Program-made: the position numbers and the translations under genes
Notes under the pieces: generated by a model
What the model was told of the DNA's origin: nothing
Databases searched by the model: none
What the model saw: the letters and a program-made list of their open reading frames with translations, nothing else
In this document: positions 11,662-20,873 of the stretch, piece by piece
How the letters are laid out: the number at the start of each line of letters is the position of its first letter
Position numbering within the stretch: the first letter of the stretch is position 1
Assembly (NCBI GenBank): GCA_965243135.1
Contig: OZ251539.1
Coordinates: 1,792,001 to 1,856,000, forward strand
Origin: Alphaproteobacteria bacterium
GTDB taxonomy: Bacteria; Pseudomonadota; Alphaproteobacteria; MPNO01; UBA830
Direction: 5' to 3'
DNA length: 64,000 nt

Positions 11662-12645
11662 TCAATTCAGCTTGTCGCTCTCGCCGACAACGTGGAGCGG
11701 CGTTTCTCCATCCAGCAATCTGCGCGCGTTCTTTGCGCCGCGACGGACCGCCTCGAGCGTCGCGCCATGCGTCATGGCCGAGTTGTGCGGCGAGGCGATA
11801 ACGTTCGGCAATTCAAGAAACGGATAATCGATCTCGAAACGGCCGTGACGAATCGGTTCTATCCACCACGATTCAATACAGGCGGTAAATCCCGGATTGG
11901 ATGCGAGGTGCCGATAGAGCGCTTCCTGTTCGACAATCTCGCCGCGAGCGACGTTAACGAGAATTGCATCGGCTTTCATCAGGGCCAGCCTTTCCGCTCC
12001 GATCAGGGCATTCGTTTTTGGCGTCAGCGACAACGTGATCACGAGAATGTCGGAAACGGCCAGCACCCGTTCGAGGTCGTCGAGCGTTCCTATGAAATCC
12101 ACCGACTCGTCCGTTCGCCCCGAACGGTTCACGGCCTGTATGCGCACGCCGAGAGCCCGCATCAGCCGCGCCACTTCCCGACCGGTCGCGCCGTATCCGA
12201 GAATTCCGCAAGTCAGGCCTGCAAACCGCTTCGTGGACTTGAACTGGTTGAACTCGCCTTCCCGCATCAGCGCGTGCTCGCGCGCCAGGCGCTTCGCTGC
12301 GCCCAGCGCCATCGCCACCACGTGTTCGGCCATCGGTTCCGCATAGGCGCCTGCGTTGCAGGCGACCGGGATGCGTTCAGGCAGCGAACGCAGCGGCAGG
12401 TAATCCACTCCGGCCGTCAGGCATTGGATCAGTTCGCAGTTTTCGAGACGACGGATCGCGGCGATGCCAAGATCCTCGAACGGATCGTAGGTCAGCACGA
12501 CCCGGGTTCTGCCCAGGATGCCGTCCTTCGAACTCTCGTCATGGTCCGGCCAGAACCTTACCTCCGCTGCATCTCCGACAATGTCGGCGATCGCCCGGCG
12601 TTTTTCGCCGTCCGGCGCATAGGTTACGAGCACTACGGGTTTCAG
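11662..12645 (-). CDS. D-isomer-specific 2-hydroxyacid dehydrogenase
   Basis: GILGYGATG, NVARGEIV, SPHN; no nearby in-frame ATG, so start is uncertain (CTG 12645 after GGAG, or GTG 12633). Confidence 0.88.
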   Translation of the reverse strand: MKPVVLVTYAPDGEKRRAIADIVGDAAEVRFWPDHDESSKDGILGRTRVVLTYDPFEDLGIAAIRRLENCELIQCLTAGVDYLPLRSLPERIPVACNAGAYAEPMAEHVVAMALGAAKRLAREHALMREGEFNQFKSTKRFAGLTCGILGYGATGREVARLMRALGVRIQAVNRSGRTDESVDFIGTLDDLERVLAVSDILVITLSLTPKTNALIGAERLALMKADAILVNVARGEIVEQEALYRHLASNPGFTACIESWWIEPIRHGRFEIDYPFLELPNVIASPHNSAMTHGATLEAVRRGAKNARRLLDGETPLHVVGESDKLN

Positions 12646-12682
12646 CGTGCTTGCTCCGTCACTGCATCGCGCCCGCCGGCCG

Positions 12683-13301
12683 TCAGTCGCGGACGTCCTG
12701 CGAAAACCATTCGGTCTCGCGGCCTTTCCCCAAGGCGCGCGCCTTTCGGTAAACGAGTCCGCCTGCCGCAGCGAACTGCAGCCCTTGGAACCCGACATTC
12801 CGCTGGGTATCCGAGGTCCCGCCCGGCGTCTTGCCGGTTACGAGATCGCAGCAATTCGGGCAGCGTACCCGAAAGCTGCTGCGTCCGTAACTCCGGGACG
12901 GAAGGCGTGTCATTTCCTCTTCGATGCCCGCAATGAACGGCCCTACCCCGCTCGTCAGACGCGAACCTTCGTCCATCTCCGCGCCCGGCGTCCCCTGCCG
13001 AACCTTGACGTCGCTTCTGTCCAGCGCTTCTAGGCTCGTCTCGTCGGGCCCGAGATTCGTCACATGCATGTTGGCTTCGAGCCAATCCGCCCCGAAGGTC
13101 GATTCCATGGAGTCCGTCGCCGTCGACAGGATATCCGCGCCCTCCATCGTTCCCCAACGGCCGCCTTCGCAGGGCGCGTACATGTCGAGCCGCGGGCGCG
13201 GCTTCGCCCGACGGAATCTTCCCGAAAGCGCGCTCCTGAACTTCAATGCGCTCGTCTATCGACAGCGGTTCGGACGCGAGAGCGTTGTCGATTATCGGCA
13301 T
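12683..13301 (-). pseudogene. Ornithine cyclodeaminase/mu-crystallin family pseudogene (frameshift plus large internal deletion)
   Basis: N-terminus MPIIDN..IEVQERAF, frameshift ~13200 into RPRLDMYAPC..WGTMEGA, joined directly to C-terminal ADILSTATDSM..WLE..MHVTNLG..QGLQFAA.GGLVY.KAR..TEWF.QDVRD*. Confidence 0.7.
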
Positions 13302-13305
13302 GGCG

Positions 13306-14295
13306 TCAGACCCGGAATTCGCTCAATACTTCGTCGGGAAACAACTCCTCGATGGAGACCTTTCGACTGCAGACCCCCTGCTCCGCGCTGTATTGCAGGA
13401 ATGCCTCGAGGGTGGTTCGGTTCTTTTCTACGCCATAAGGAAAGAAGTCGTCCCCGAACAAACGCCTCGCCCGGCGAGCGGCTTCATAGCACCAGGCGAA
13501 CGGCACGCGGGTCGCCGTGATTTCCTGAACCCGCTCGAGCGCCCGGTTCTTGGCGTTTTCGAACGCCTTGAACAGATTCATCGCGATCCACCGGTTTTGC
13601 CGAAAGACATCCCCGCGGATCGCGATTACGTGCATGATGGGAAAGATGCCGGTTTCCCGATAGTATTGCTCTTCCACCTCCCGGTAGTCGGGATATAGAT
13701 GGACGATGGTTTCGTGTCCCTCCTCCACCGGGGCGGGAGGGTGCGCCGCCATGATGCAGTCGATCTCGCCGGCCAGCAACAGTTCGGTCAGCGACGCGTC
13801 GGGTCGCGGCGTGCAGGTTACGCCGTCGGGAAGGTTCAGCTTTACCTTTTCCTGACGACCGGGCTGATTGACGCCCGCCTGCACCCAATCGATTTCCTTC
13901 AACGGAATGCCGATGTCGTGAACCAGCCATCCCCGCGTGTAGATCGAAGCGGTCTGCGCCCATTCCGGAACGCCGATCCTCTTGTTCCGCAGATCGGACG
14001 CATTTTTGACCGGACCGTCCGGCAGCACGAAAAGCGACGACTGCCGAAACACGCGTGACGGAAAGACGGGGATCGCGGTAACGCTGTCGTCGTCCTGCGA
14101 TTTGAGCGCGACGTACTTGCCGAACGACATTTCCGAAACGTCCCACTCGCGGAACTTGATGAAGCGGTAGAACGTTTCCTCGATTTGCAGGTTGAGGTAA
14201 CGGAGATCGATTCCGCTGGCCTTGATGTCGCCGCGAGTCAGATCCCTCGTGTGTTCGTAGTCGCTGGCCGCGAAGGTCAATGTCAGGTCGGTCAT
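13306..14295 (-). CDS. 4,5-dihydroxyphthalate decarboxylase-like protein (PBP2 fold)
   Basis: DYEHTRDL..G, WDVSEMSFGKY, PVFPSRVFRQS, YYRETGIFPIMH, PYGVEKNR.TL. Confidence 0.85.
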   Translation of the reverse strand: MTDLTLTFAASDYEHTRDLTRGDIKASGIDLRYLNLQIEETFYRFIKFREWDVSEMSFGKYVALKSQDDDSVTAIPVFPSRVFRQSSLFVLPDGPVKNASDLRNKRIGVPEWAQTASIYTRGWLVHDIGIPLKEIDWVQAGVNQPGRQEKVKLNLPDGVTCTPRPDASLTELLLAGEIDCIMAAHPPAPVEEGHETIVHLYPDYREVEEQYYRETGIFPIMHVIAIRGDVFRQNRWIAMNLFKAFENAKNRALERVQEITATRVPFAWCYEAARRARRLFGDDFFPYGVEKNRTTLEAFLQYSAEQGVCSRKVSIEELFPDEVLSEFRV

Positions 14296-14362
14296 GCGCT
14301 TTCCCGGTCGTTGCAAGTATTCCGGCGTCCGAGTCGACGGGTGCCTTGCCGGCGATCTTCCC

Positions 14363-15109
14363 TCAGGCGACCTTTTCGTGCCAACCCATTTCCTTGTCCT
14401 TGGCGTCGCCGGCATCGGCAACGCCGTTGAGATAGTGGTCCCAGACGATCAGATTTTCCTCGCAAGCGTCCACCACCTCGTCTTCCATACGCAGGTCCGC
14501 GGCGTATTTGGCGACCGTCTGCCAGCCGAGGTTGGAATGCTTGATGTCCGCTTCGGAATGCATGCCGAAGAACAGCCGCTGCTCCTCCGTCAGATCGAAG
14601 AGCTGTCCCCAGCGGCGGTTTTCGTTGCCGAACCACCCTTTCTGGCGCACTTCCCCGTCGCCGTAGCCCGGGATGTTCGAGCGTTCCGCGCAGGTATTCG
14701 CCATGAGGCCGAGTAGCCAGTGCCTGTTGCTCATCAGCCCGTCCCAAGCCCGCCATGCCAGCCGCGTGGAGGGCAGAAGGTCGGCGTTCGTGATCTGCGA
14801 GCGTTCCATCCCGCAATCGACGCCGAGATCTTCGAGCACCTTCCAGTGCGGCCGTCCGTCTCCGTGTTCGGTGTCGGAAACGATCTCTTCGACGCAGGCT
14901 TCCAGAATCCCGAGCTTTACGTCCCACTCCGGGCAGTTGGTCGCGACCCGAAGCTTGAGGACGGAATTCCGCTGCCTCGTGTTTTGCCGGTGTTGCATCA
15001 CGAACGTATGCGCCCGGCCCCGCGTCATCGGCTCGTTGATCAGGCGCGAGCGCCTCGAATAATCGTCGACGACCTTGTCGAGGCGGGCAATCACGGTCTC
15101 CGTGGACAT
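14363..15109 (-). CDS. Heme-oxygenase-like diiron oxidase (CADD/PqqC/TenA-like)
   Basis: CVEE..(x10)..PHW, CAE and FFGMHSEADIKHS (HxxxDxxH) metal ligand pattern. Confidence 0.8.
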   Translation of the reverse strand: MSTETVIARLDKVVDDYSRRSRLINEPMTRGRAHTFVMQHRQNTRQRNSVLKLRVATNCPEWDVKLGILEACVEEIVSDTEHGDGRPHWKVLEDLGVDCGMERSQITNADLLPSTRLAWRAWDGLMSNRHWLLGLMANTCAERSNIPGYGDGEVRQKGWFGNENRRWGQLFDLTEEQRLFFGMHSEADIKHSNLGWQTVAKYAADLRMEDEVVDACEENLIVWDHYLNGVADAGDAKDKEMGWHEKVA

Positions 15110-15211
15110 TGTCTCTCCCCTGTTTCCGGTTTCAGCGGCGCAACCTATTCCTGTCGGGCGCCCCGGACAAAGACCGTTGATCGATACCTCGTATGCCGAA
15201 AATCAATATCG

Positions 15212-16132
15212 CTACGGCCTTCTCCAACGGCTGCCGTCCGCGGCGGCGATCTCGCCGATCACGCGGTCGACGATCTGTCGCACGGCGCGCGAAACGTTCG
15301 TTTCCACGTGTCCGGAAGCGTAAGCGAGGCTGAGCGTACGGGATATCCGCGGTCGGGTGATTCTGGCGGCGGCGAGGCGTCCGGAGGCGACCGCCCTGGC
15401 CACGGCGGCGTAAGGCAGGATCGTCGACCCGATTCCGCTTTCGACCAGTTCCCTGATCGTGGAGACGGAATTGATCTCGAACGCCACGTCGACGGGCAAC
15501 TCTCGTTTTCCGGCTGCGGCCTCTATCCTCTCGCGCAACCCGAAGCCCCGGCCCGGCAGTATGAGGGACGCGCCGCATGCTTCCCGGAACGGAATGGCGT
15601 CGCGCTCGCCGCCGATGGCGGCGGCGGATACGTAGTAAAGATCTTCGATCAGCAAAGGCTCTGCGGAGATGCCGTGGACGGCGGTGGGATTGTAGGTGAA
15701 ACCGATGTCGATGGCGTTCTCGCCAAGCTGGCGCATCACTTCTTCGCTCAGTCCCTCCACGATATTGAGGGAAATGGACGGGTAGACTTCACGGCACGCG
15801 CTGATCAGCGGCGTTGCGAGCAATGCGCTTGCCGTCGGCGTGATGCCGAGCGCGATGCTCCCGCGCGGCGGCCCCGAGAGATCGATTATCTCCTGCCGCG
15901 CCAACTCGATCCGGCGAAGGATCGCATTTGCGTGATCGAGCAGCAGTCTGCCGGCTTCGGTCGGCTCGACGCCGCGAGAGTGCCGGACGAGCAGGGAAAC
16001 GCCGAGCTCCTCTTCGAGTTTTCTGATCTGAATGCCGAGAGCCGGCTGCGAAACGCGCACGCGATCCACTGCCTTCGTAAAACTCCCGGCGTGGACGACC
16101 TCCGAAAAATACCGGAGTTGGCGGATATCCAC
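15212..16132 (-). CDS. LysR family transcriptional regulator
   Basis: VDIRQLRYF..GSFTKA..VSQPALGIQIRKLEEELGV; GTG start. Confidence 0.93.
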   Translation of the reverse strand: MDIRQLRYFSEVVHAGSFTKAVDRVRVSQPALGIQIRKLEEELGVSLLVRHSRGVEPTEAGRLLLDHANAILRRIELARQEIIDLSGPPRGSIALGITPTASALLATPLISACREVYPSISLNIVEGLSEEVMRQLGENAIDIGFTYNPTAVHGISAEPLLIEDLYYVSAAAIGGERDAIPFREACGASLILPGRGFGLRERIEAAAGKRELPVDVAFEINSVSTIRELVESGIGSTILPYAAVARAVASGRLAAARITRPRISRTLSLAYASGHVETNVSRAVRQIVDRVIGEIAAADGSRWRRP

Positions 16133-16348
16133 AGGCTTCGCTCCTCGTAAAGCGACTGCGAAGCGCAGCCCACGGCAGCGTTTCCCGAGAATAGCATGTT
16201 CGCGCGCACCGCCGCGGCCGGCTACGGCGGCGACCCTCGCTGCGCGCAGTTGCGAACAGGTCTGCTTGCTCCATCCCGGAACGCGCCGCCGCATGTCTCC
16301 GCACGACGCCTTGGCATCGGACCCTCTCCAGCCCCGAGCGTCGAGCGA

Positions 16349-17461
16349 TTACTCTCGCGCCACGGCGCTTGCGACTTCACGAATCCAGGCCGCGAATTCA
16401 GGATCGGCGAGCGCCCATTCGCCGGTATGGGTATCCGCAAGCCCAAGTCGTTCCAGCCGCCGCAAAGCAGCCTGAACCCGTCCCGCCGACGGCGGGGATT
16501 CGTCGAGAACGGCGCCCAGAGATTCGCGAAAGGTTCGGCCGAACGGCCGGCAGGATCCGTTCGCCAGGACCTGCGCTACGGCGCGCTGGATAGGGGCGAG
16601 CCGCAACCAGATTCCCGGATAGTCGAGATCGGCGGCGATTCGGGCGCGAAGCCGACTCAAGCTGGTTGTAACCCCGATCGACGGATCGTGAAGCAGGATT
16701 TCGACCAATAAGCGGAAGAAGTATGGATTGGCATGCAACCGGTCGAAGGCGGAAAGCATCTCGCCGCGTCCGAGCGTTCGCCGCGACGCTCTTTCGAAAG
16801 CGCCAAGGATATGATCCACGAACGCCTCGCCGAGCACGGGCAGCTCGATCGGAGTCGCGAAATGAAAGAACGGCGCTGCGCGGGAGGAAAACATGGCCAT
16901 GAGCCCTTCGCGGCTCGACCCGGTAAACACTCCTTTCAGCCGATCCGTCCGTTTGTCGAGACTCGTTCTCAGCGCCGCCGCAAGGGGCGCGTTGCCCCGC
17001 GCGAGTTCCTGAACTTCGTCCAGCAGCAGGATCGCAGGCTTTCCGCGCCCCGGAACGCGCTCGAGAAGGTCGTCGAGGTGGAGAAGCAGCTCGTTCGGCG
17101 GTTTTCCTGCAAGGGTCGTGAGATCGACCTCCGCTCCCAGCCCGGTCCCGGGTATCGACAGCTTCAGTTTTGGCGCAAACGCGGCGGTCCGCAACCGGTC
17201 GCGGAAACGCCCCTTGCCGAGAGAAGTCTCCAGCGCATGTAGAAGCACCGCCAGAGGAGAAAGCGGCGCCTGCCAGAAGGACGCGTAGATCACGCGATGG
17301 CCCGCCTTTTCGGCGAGCGGCGCGAGATCCTTGATCAGGAATTCCGTCTTGTCCGTTCGGCGGGGAGCGAACAGGGTGAGGATTTGCGCCGGGCCGTCAT
17401 TGAGGAGGGCAAGGACGCTCCTGCTGAAATCGCGGCGTTCGAAGTGCCATGGATCTTTCAT
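16349..17461 (-). CDS. Stand-alone P-loop ATPase (archaeal-ATPase-like) with probable C-terminal wHTH; Walker A degenerate
   Basis: FAPRRTDKT (G replaced by D), LLLDEVQ Walker B, VFTGSS, C-terminal VQAALRRLERLGL..DPEF. Confidence 0.75.
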   Translation of the reverse strand: MKDPWHFERRDFSRSVLALLNDGPAQILTLFAPRRTDKTEFLIKDLAPLAEKAGHRVIYASFWQAPLSPLAVLLHALETSLGKGRFRDRLRTAAFAPKLKLSIPGTGLGAEVDLTTLAGKPPNELLLHLDDLLERVPGRGKPAILLLDEVQELARGNAPLAAALRTSLDKRTDRLKGVFTGSSREGLMAMFSSRAAPFFHFATPIELPVLGEAFVDHILGAFERASRRTLGRGEMLSAFDRLHANPYFFRLLVEILLHDPSIGVTTSLSRLRARIAADLDYPGIWLRLAPIQRAVAQVLANGSCRPFGRTFRESLGAVLDESPPSAGRVQAALRRLERLGLADTHTGEWALADPEFAAWIREVASAVARE

Positions 17462-17474
17462 TTTCAGCCATCTT

Positions 17475-17508
17475 TAGCCGTAAACGAATAATTATACGCA
17501 AACGGCTA
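17475..17508. promoter_or_regulatory. Imperfect 34-bp palindrome immediately upstream of the ATPase start
   Basis: TAGCCGT-aaa-CG-a-ATAATTAT-a-CG-caa-ACGGCTA, an AT-rich island in GC-rich DNA. Confidence 0.5.
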
Positions 17509-17545
17509 TAAATTGCCGCCGCGGCAGCCCGGTTGCCGCGCGAGG

Positions 17546-18376
17546 CTACGCCACCGCCTCTCCCTTGATCGTAATCCGCCGCAGCATGCGCCTTTCCTCC
17601 GGGTCGAAATCCGTGCGCGCATGCATCGAGCACCGATTGTCCCACATCAGCAGGTCGCCCGGACGCCATTCATGCTCGTAAACGAATTCCCGGCGCTCCC
17701 CGTGAGCGAACAACGTCTCCAGCAGGTCGCCGCACTCCTCCTGCGTCAGCCCTTCGATGCGATCGGTCATCAGGCGATTCACGTACAGCGCCTTCCGCCC
17801 GGTGCCCGGGTGCGTCCGGGCGACCGGATGCCAGTGCTGCGGCGCATTCGGATCGACGCTCTCGCTTCGCTTCAGGGGATTGCCGGAATAGTCGTATATG
17901 TGATGGGCCTTGCGCCCTTCCAGTCTGTCGCGGACCTCGCCCGGCAGCGTCTCCCAGGCTTTGTAGCAATTGGCGAAGAGCGTATTTCCGCCCGTCCGGG
18001 GAATCTCCATCGCGTACAGCGTGGACGCCCGCGCCGGCACCTCGTAATAGCACTGGTCCGAATGAAACCACATCTCGCCGTTTTCGAGGGCCGTGGCGAA
18101 ACCGCTGTCCGTCACGTTCGTGATCATCATCGTGTAGGGCTGAGCCTCGTTCGCATGCTTGCCGGTGCGAACGGATTCCAGCTCCCCGAAATAACGGCAG
18201 AACCGTATCTGATCGTCGTTGGAGATGTCCTGATCGCGGAACGCCAGCACGAGGTGCTCGTACCATGCCTTTTCCACCGCCTTGACGGTCGCGTCGTCGA
18301 GCGGTTGCGAAAGGTCGATGCCGGACACCTCCGCGCCCAACGCGTCGGAAAGCGGCGCAACCCGGATCTCGGACAT
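17546..18376 (-). CDS. TauD/TfdA family Fe(II)/2-oxoglutarate dioxygenase
   Basis: LGAEVSGIDL, WFHSD, GGNTLFAN, HP.ARTHP.TGRKALY, WDNRCSMHAR. Confidence 0.95.
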   Translation of the reverse strand: MSEIRVAPLSDALGAEVSGIDLSQPLDDATVKAVEKAWYEHLVLAFRDQDISNDDQIRFCRYFGELESVRTGKHANEAQPYTMMITNVTDSGFATALENGEMWFHSDQCYYEVPARASTLYAMEIPRTGGNTLFANCYKAWETLPGEVRDRLEGRKAHHIYDYSGNPLKRSESVDPNAPQHWHPVARTHPGTGRKALYVNRLMTDRIEGLTQEECGDLLETLFAHGERREFVYEHEWRPGDLLMWDNRCSMHARTDFDPEERRMLRRITIKGEAVA

Positions 18377-18752
18377 GTCTTCCTCCCTGGCGCATTCTGC
18401 AGAATCAAGCCGCAGTATATTCCCGCTCCCCGGTCTCGCAAGGCGGCGGCGCGCGCCGGCGGAGAGAATCGCGACCGGGCCGGCCTCGCCAGGCGGGGGA
18501 ACGGACCTTCGCGCTGCCGCGGGCTGCCCGCCGTCACGAACGACGCGGCGCGAACGCCTCGACCCGAACGGGGATTCGCCTTTTCGGCGCTTCCGTCGAT
18601 ACTTGCCGGAAGGGTCGGCCGGAAAAAGCTGGGCCCCGGACCGCGACGGTCCGGACGGCGCCGCGCTCGCGAAGGCCGTCGTTTCGGCCGCCGGGACGGC
18701 GGCGGGCTTCCCGGCCGCAGGCCCCGACGCGAAACCTTGGGGACAGGACGCT

Positions 18753-19541
18753 ATGCATGAAGATCTGACCGTGGAGAAGCTGTTCCGGATGGACGGCGAC
18801 GCCGTTTTCGTCACCGGCGCGGGCAACGGCTTCGGCCGAATAGCCGCCCTGGCGCTCGCCAACGCCGGAGCTTCGGTCGTCGTCACCGACATCGACAAGG
18901 CGGCGGCCGACAACGTAGCGCGCGAGATCGCCGAAAGCGGCGGCCGCGCCGTCGCGCTGGAACTCGACGTGTCGGAGCGGCAGGCCATCCGCGAGGCGGT
19001 CGACGCCGCGGCCAAGACGCTGGGCGGGTTGCACGTGCTGATCAACAATGCGGGAATCGCCCGGCGCGGCCCCACCGAAGAACTGGCGGACGAAGCCTGG
19101 GACGAGATCGTCGAGGTCAATCTCAGCGCGGCGATGGCGGGCTGCCGGGCCGCTGCGCCTCACATGTTCCGGCACGGCGACGGCCGGATCGTAAGCATTT
19201 CCTCGATCATGGGGTTGGTCGGAAACGCCATCTTCCCGCACGCCGGCTACCAGGCCACCAAAGGCGCGCTGGTCAACCTGACGCGTTCGCTCGCCGTCGA
19301 ATGGGCCGGACGGGGCGTCAGGGTCAACGCCATCGCGCCGTCTTTCTTCCGCACCAACTTCGGCGCGGCGTTCATGCAGTCCAACCCGGACGTCGTCGCG
19401 CGAATCGAGGCCTCCACCCCGATGGGACGCTTCGGCGAGCCGTGGGAATTGGCCGGTGCGCTGCTGTTTCTCGCGAGCCGGGCGTCGACGATGGTGACCG
19501 GCGTCACCCTGCCCGTTGACGGCGGCTGGACCTCGGCCTGA
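18753..19541 (+). CDS. Short-chain dehydrogenase/reductase
   Basis: TGAGNGFG, NNAG, YQATKG, VDGGW. Confidence 0.95.
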   Translation: MHEDLTVEKLFRMDGDAVFVTGAGNGFGRIAALALANAGASVVVTDIDKAAADNVAREIAESGGRAVALELDVSERQAIREAVDAAAKTLGGLHVLINNAGIARRGPTEELADEAWDEIVEVNLSAAMAGCRAAAPHMFRHGDGRIVSISSIMGLVGNAIFPHAGYQATKGALVNLTRSLAVEWAGRGVRVNAIAPSFFRTNFGAAFMQSNPDVVARIEASTPMGRFGEPWELAGALLFLASRASTMVTGVTLPVDGGWTSA

Positions 19542-20238
19542 ACGGCTGCCGCGCGGACGCCTGCCGGGATCGGACGACCTGATAGCCCGGCCGCCAGATG
19601 TAGCGGACCGGCGCGCTGAGCATGTGGACGAGCCGCGTGAACGGAAACGCGAGGAAGAGCGTGAGCCCCAGGAACAAATGCAACTTGAATATGGGATGCG
19701 CGTCCTCGATGTAGGACGCGGCCGCCGGGTCGAACGCGAAGATGCCTTGGGCCCAGGCCATGAACGTCAGCATTTCTCCTCCGTCGAGATGCCCCAGCGA
19801 CAACGGAATCGTCGCCAGCCCGAGGACAAGCTGGATCCACAGCAAGACGATGACCGCGTTGTCTCCGAAGCTCGACGTCGCGCGGATGCGGGCGTCGAAC
19901 AGCCGGCGATGAGCCAGCATGGTGGCGCCGGCGAGCGCGAACAGCCCTGCGATTCCGCCCACGACGATCGCCATGACTTGCTTGGCTCCATGGCCGATGC
20001 CCAACGCCTCGAACGCGGCGATCGGCGTCAGCAATCCGACGAGGTGCCCCGCGAAGACGACCAGAACGCCGGCATGGAAGAGAACGGATCCCCACATCAG
20101 CTGCCGCCGCCGCAAGAGTTGGCTAGAGCCCGAGCGCCACGTGTACGGTTCGCGGTCGTAGCGAACGATCGACCCCACGACGAGGACGGTCAGCGCCACG
20201 TAGGGATATATTCCGAAGACGAGGGTATGCGCGCTCAC
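19504..20238 (-). CDS. narI: Respiratory nitrate reductase gamma subunit (cytochrome b)
   Basis: FGIYPY, RYDREPYTWRSGSSQ, LFHAG..GH, KLH, FPFTRLVH. Confidence 0.96.
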   Translation of the reverse strand: MSAHTLVFGIYPYVALTVLVVGSIVRYDREPYTWRSGSSQLLRRRQLMWGSVLFHAGVLVVFAGHLVGLLTPIAAFEALGIGHGAKQVMAIVVGGIAGLFALAGATMLAHRRLFDARIRATSSFGDNAVIVLLWIQLVLGLATIPLSLGHLDGGEMLTFMAWAQGIFAFDPAAASYIEDAHPIFKLHLFLGLTLFLAFPFTRLVHMLSAPVRYIWRPGYQVVRSRQASARQPFRPRSSRRQRAG

Positions 20239-20873
20239 GGCATTGGGTCTCCCGGCGCGGCGGCGGGCCCGAACGTTACCGCCGTTTCCTCCCAGACGCG
20301 GTCGATCGCGGCGAGGTCGCCCGGATCGTCGTCGGGTTCCTGAAGCAAGGCCCTCACTTCGCCGGCGTCGGCCGGCACGTTCGCGAACTCCTCCAACGCC
20401 TCGAACGCGGCGGCGTAAAGACTGTCCCGCCGCCTGAGACGCTCCGCTAGCGCGCCGAGTATGTCGAGCGGCTGGGCGACGAGGTCGCGCGCCTCGGACG
20501 GCGGACGCGTCGCGGCGAATTCGAGGAACAGCGGCAGGTAGTCCGGAAGTTCCCGCGCAGCGACCCGGAAGCCGTTGCGTTCGTACAGCTCCGACAGGTC
20601 GACCATCGCCTGCCCCCGGTCGCGGCTTTCCCCGTGCACGTGCTCGAAGAGATGCAAGGACAAGGATCGCGTTCGGTCGAACAGGTAGACGTAGCGCTCG
20701 CGCGAGTCGTAGAGGTCGCGCGCCGCGATATCGTCGATAAGCGCCGTCACTTTCGCGCGGCATGCCGGCGACAGCAGGGCCTCGCCGTCAAGCGCTTCCG
20801 ACAGGTCGCGAGCGGGAAGCTCCCCGTCCGGATAGGAAAGGAGAATCGAAAGAATCTTGAGGGTTCGAATCAC
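20235..20873 (-). CDS. narJ: Nitrate reductase molybdenum-cofactor assembly chaperone
   Basis: LLSYP, FDRTRSLSLHLFEHVHGESRDRGQAM, ELPDYLPLFLEF. Confidence 0.96.
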   Translation of the reverse strand: MIRTLKILSILLSYPDGELPARDLSEALDGEALLSPACRAKVTALIDDIAARDLYDSRERYVYLFDRTRSLSLHLFEHVHGESRDRGQAMVDLSELYERNGFRVAARELPDYLPLFLEFAATRPPSEARDLVAQPLDILGALAERLRRRDSLYAAAFEALEEFANVPADAGEVRALLQEPDDDPGDLAAIDRVWEETAVTFGPAAAPGDPMP

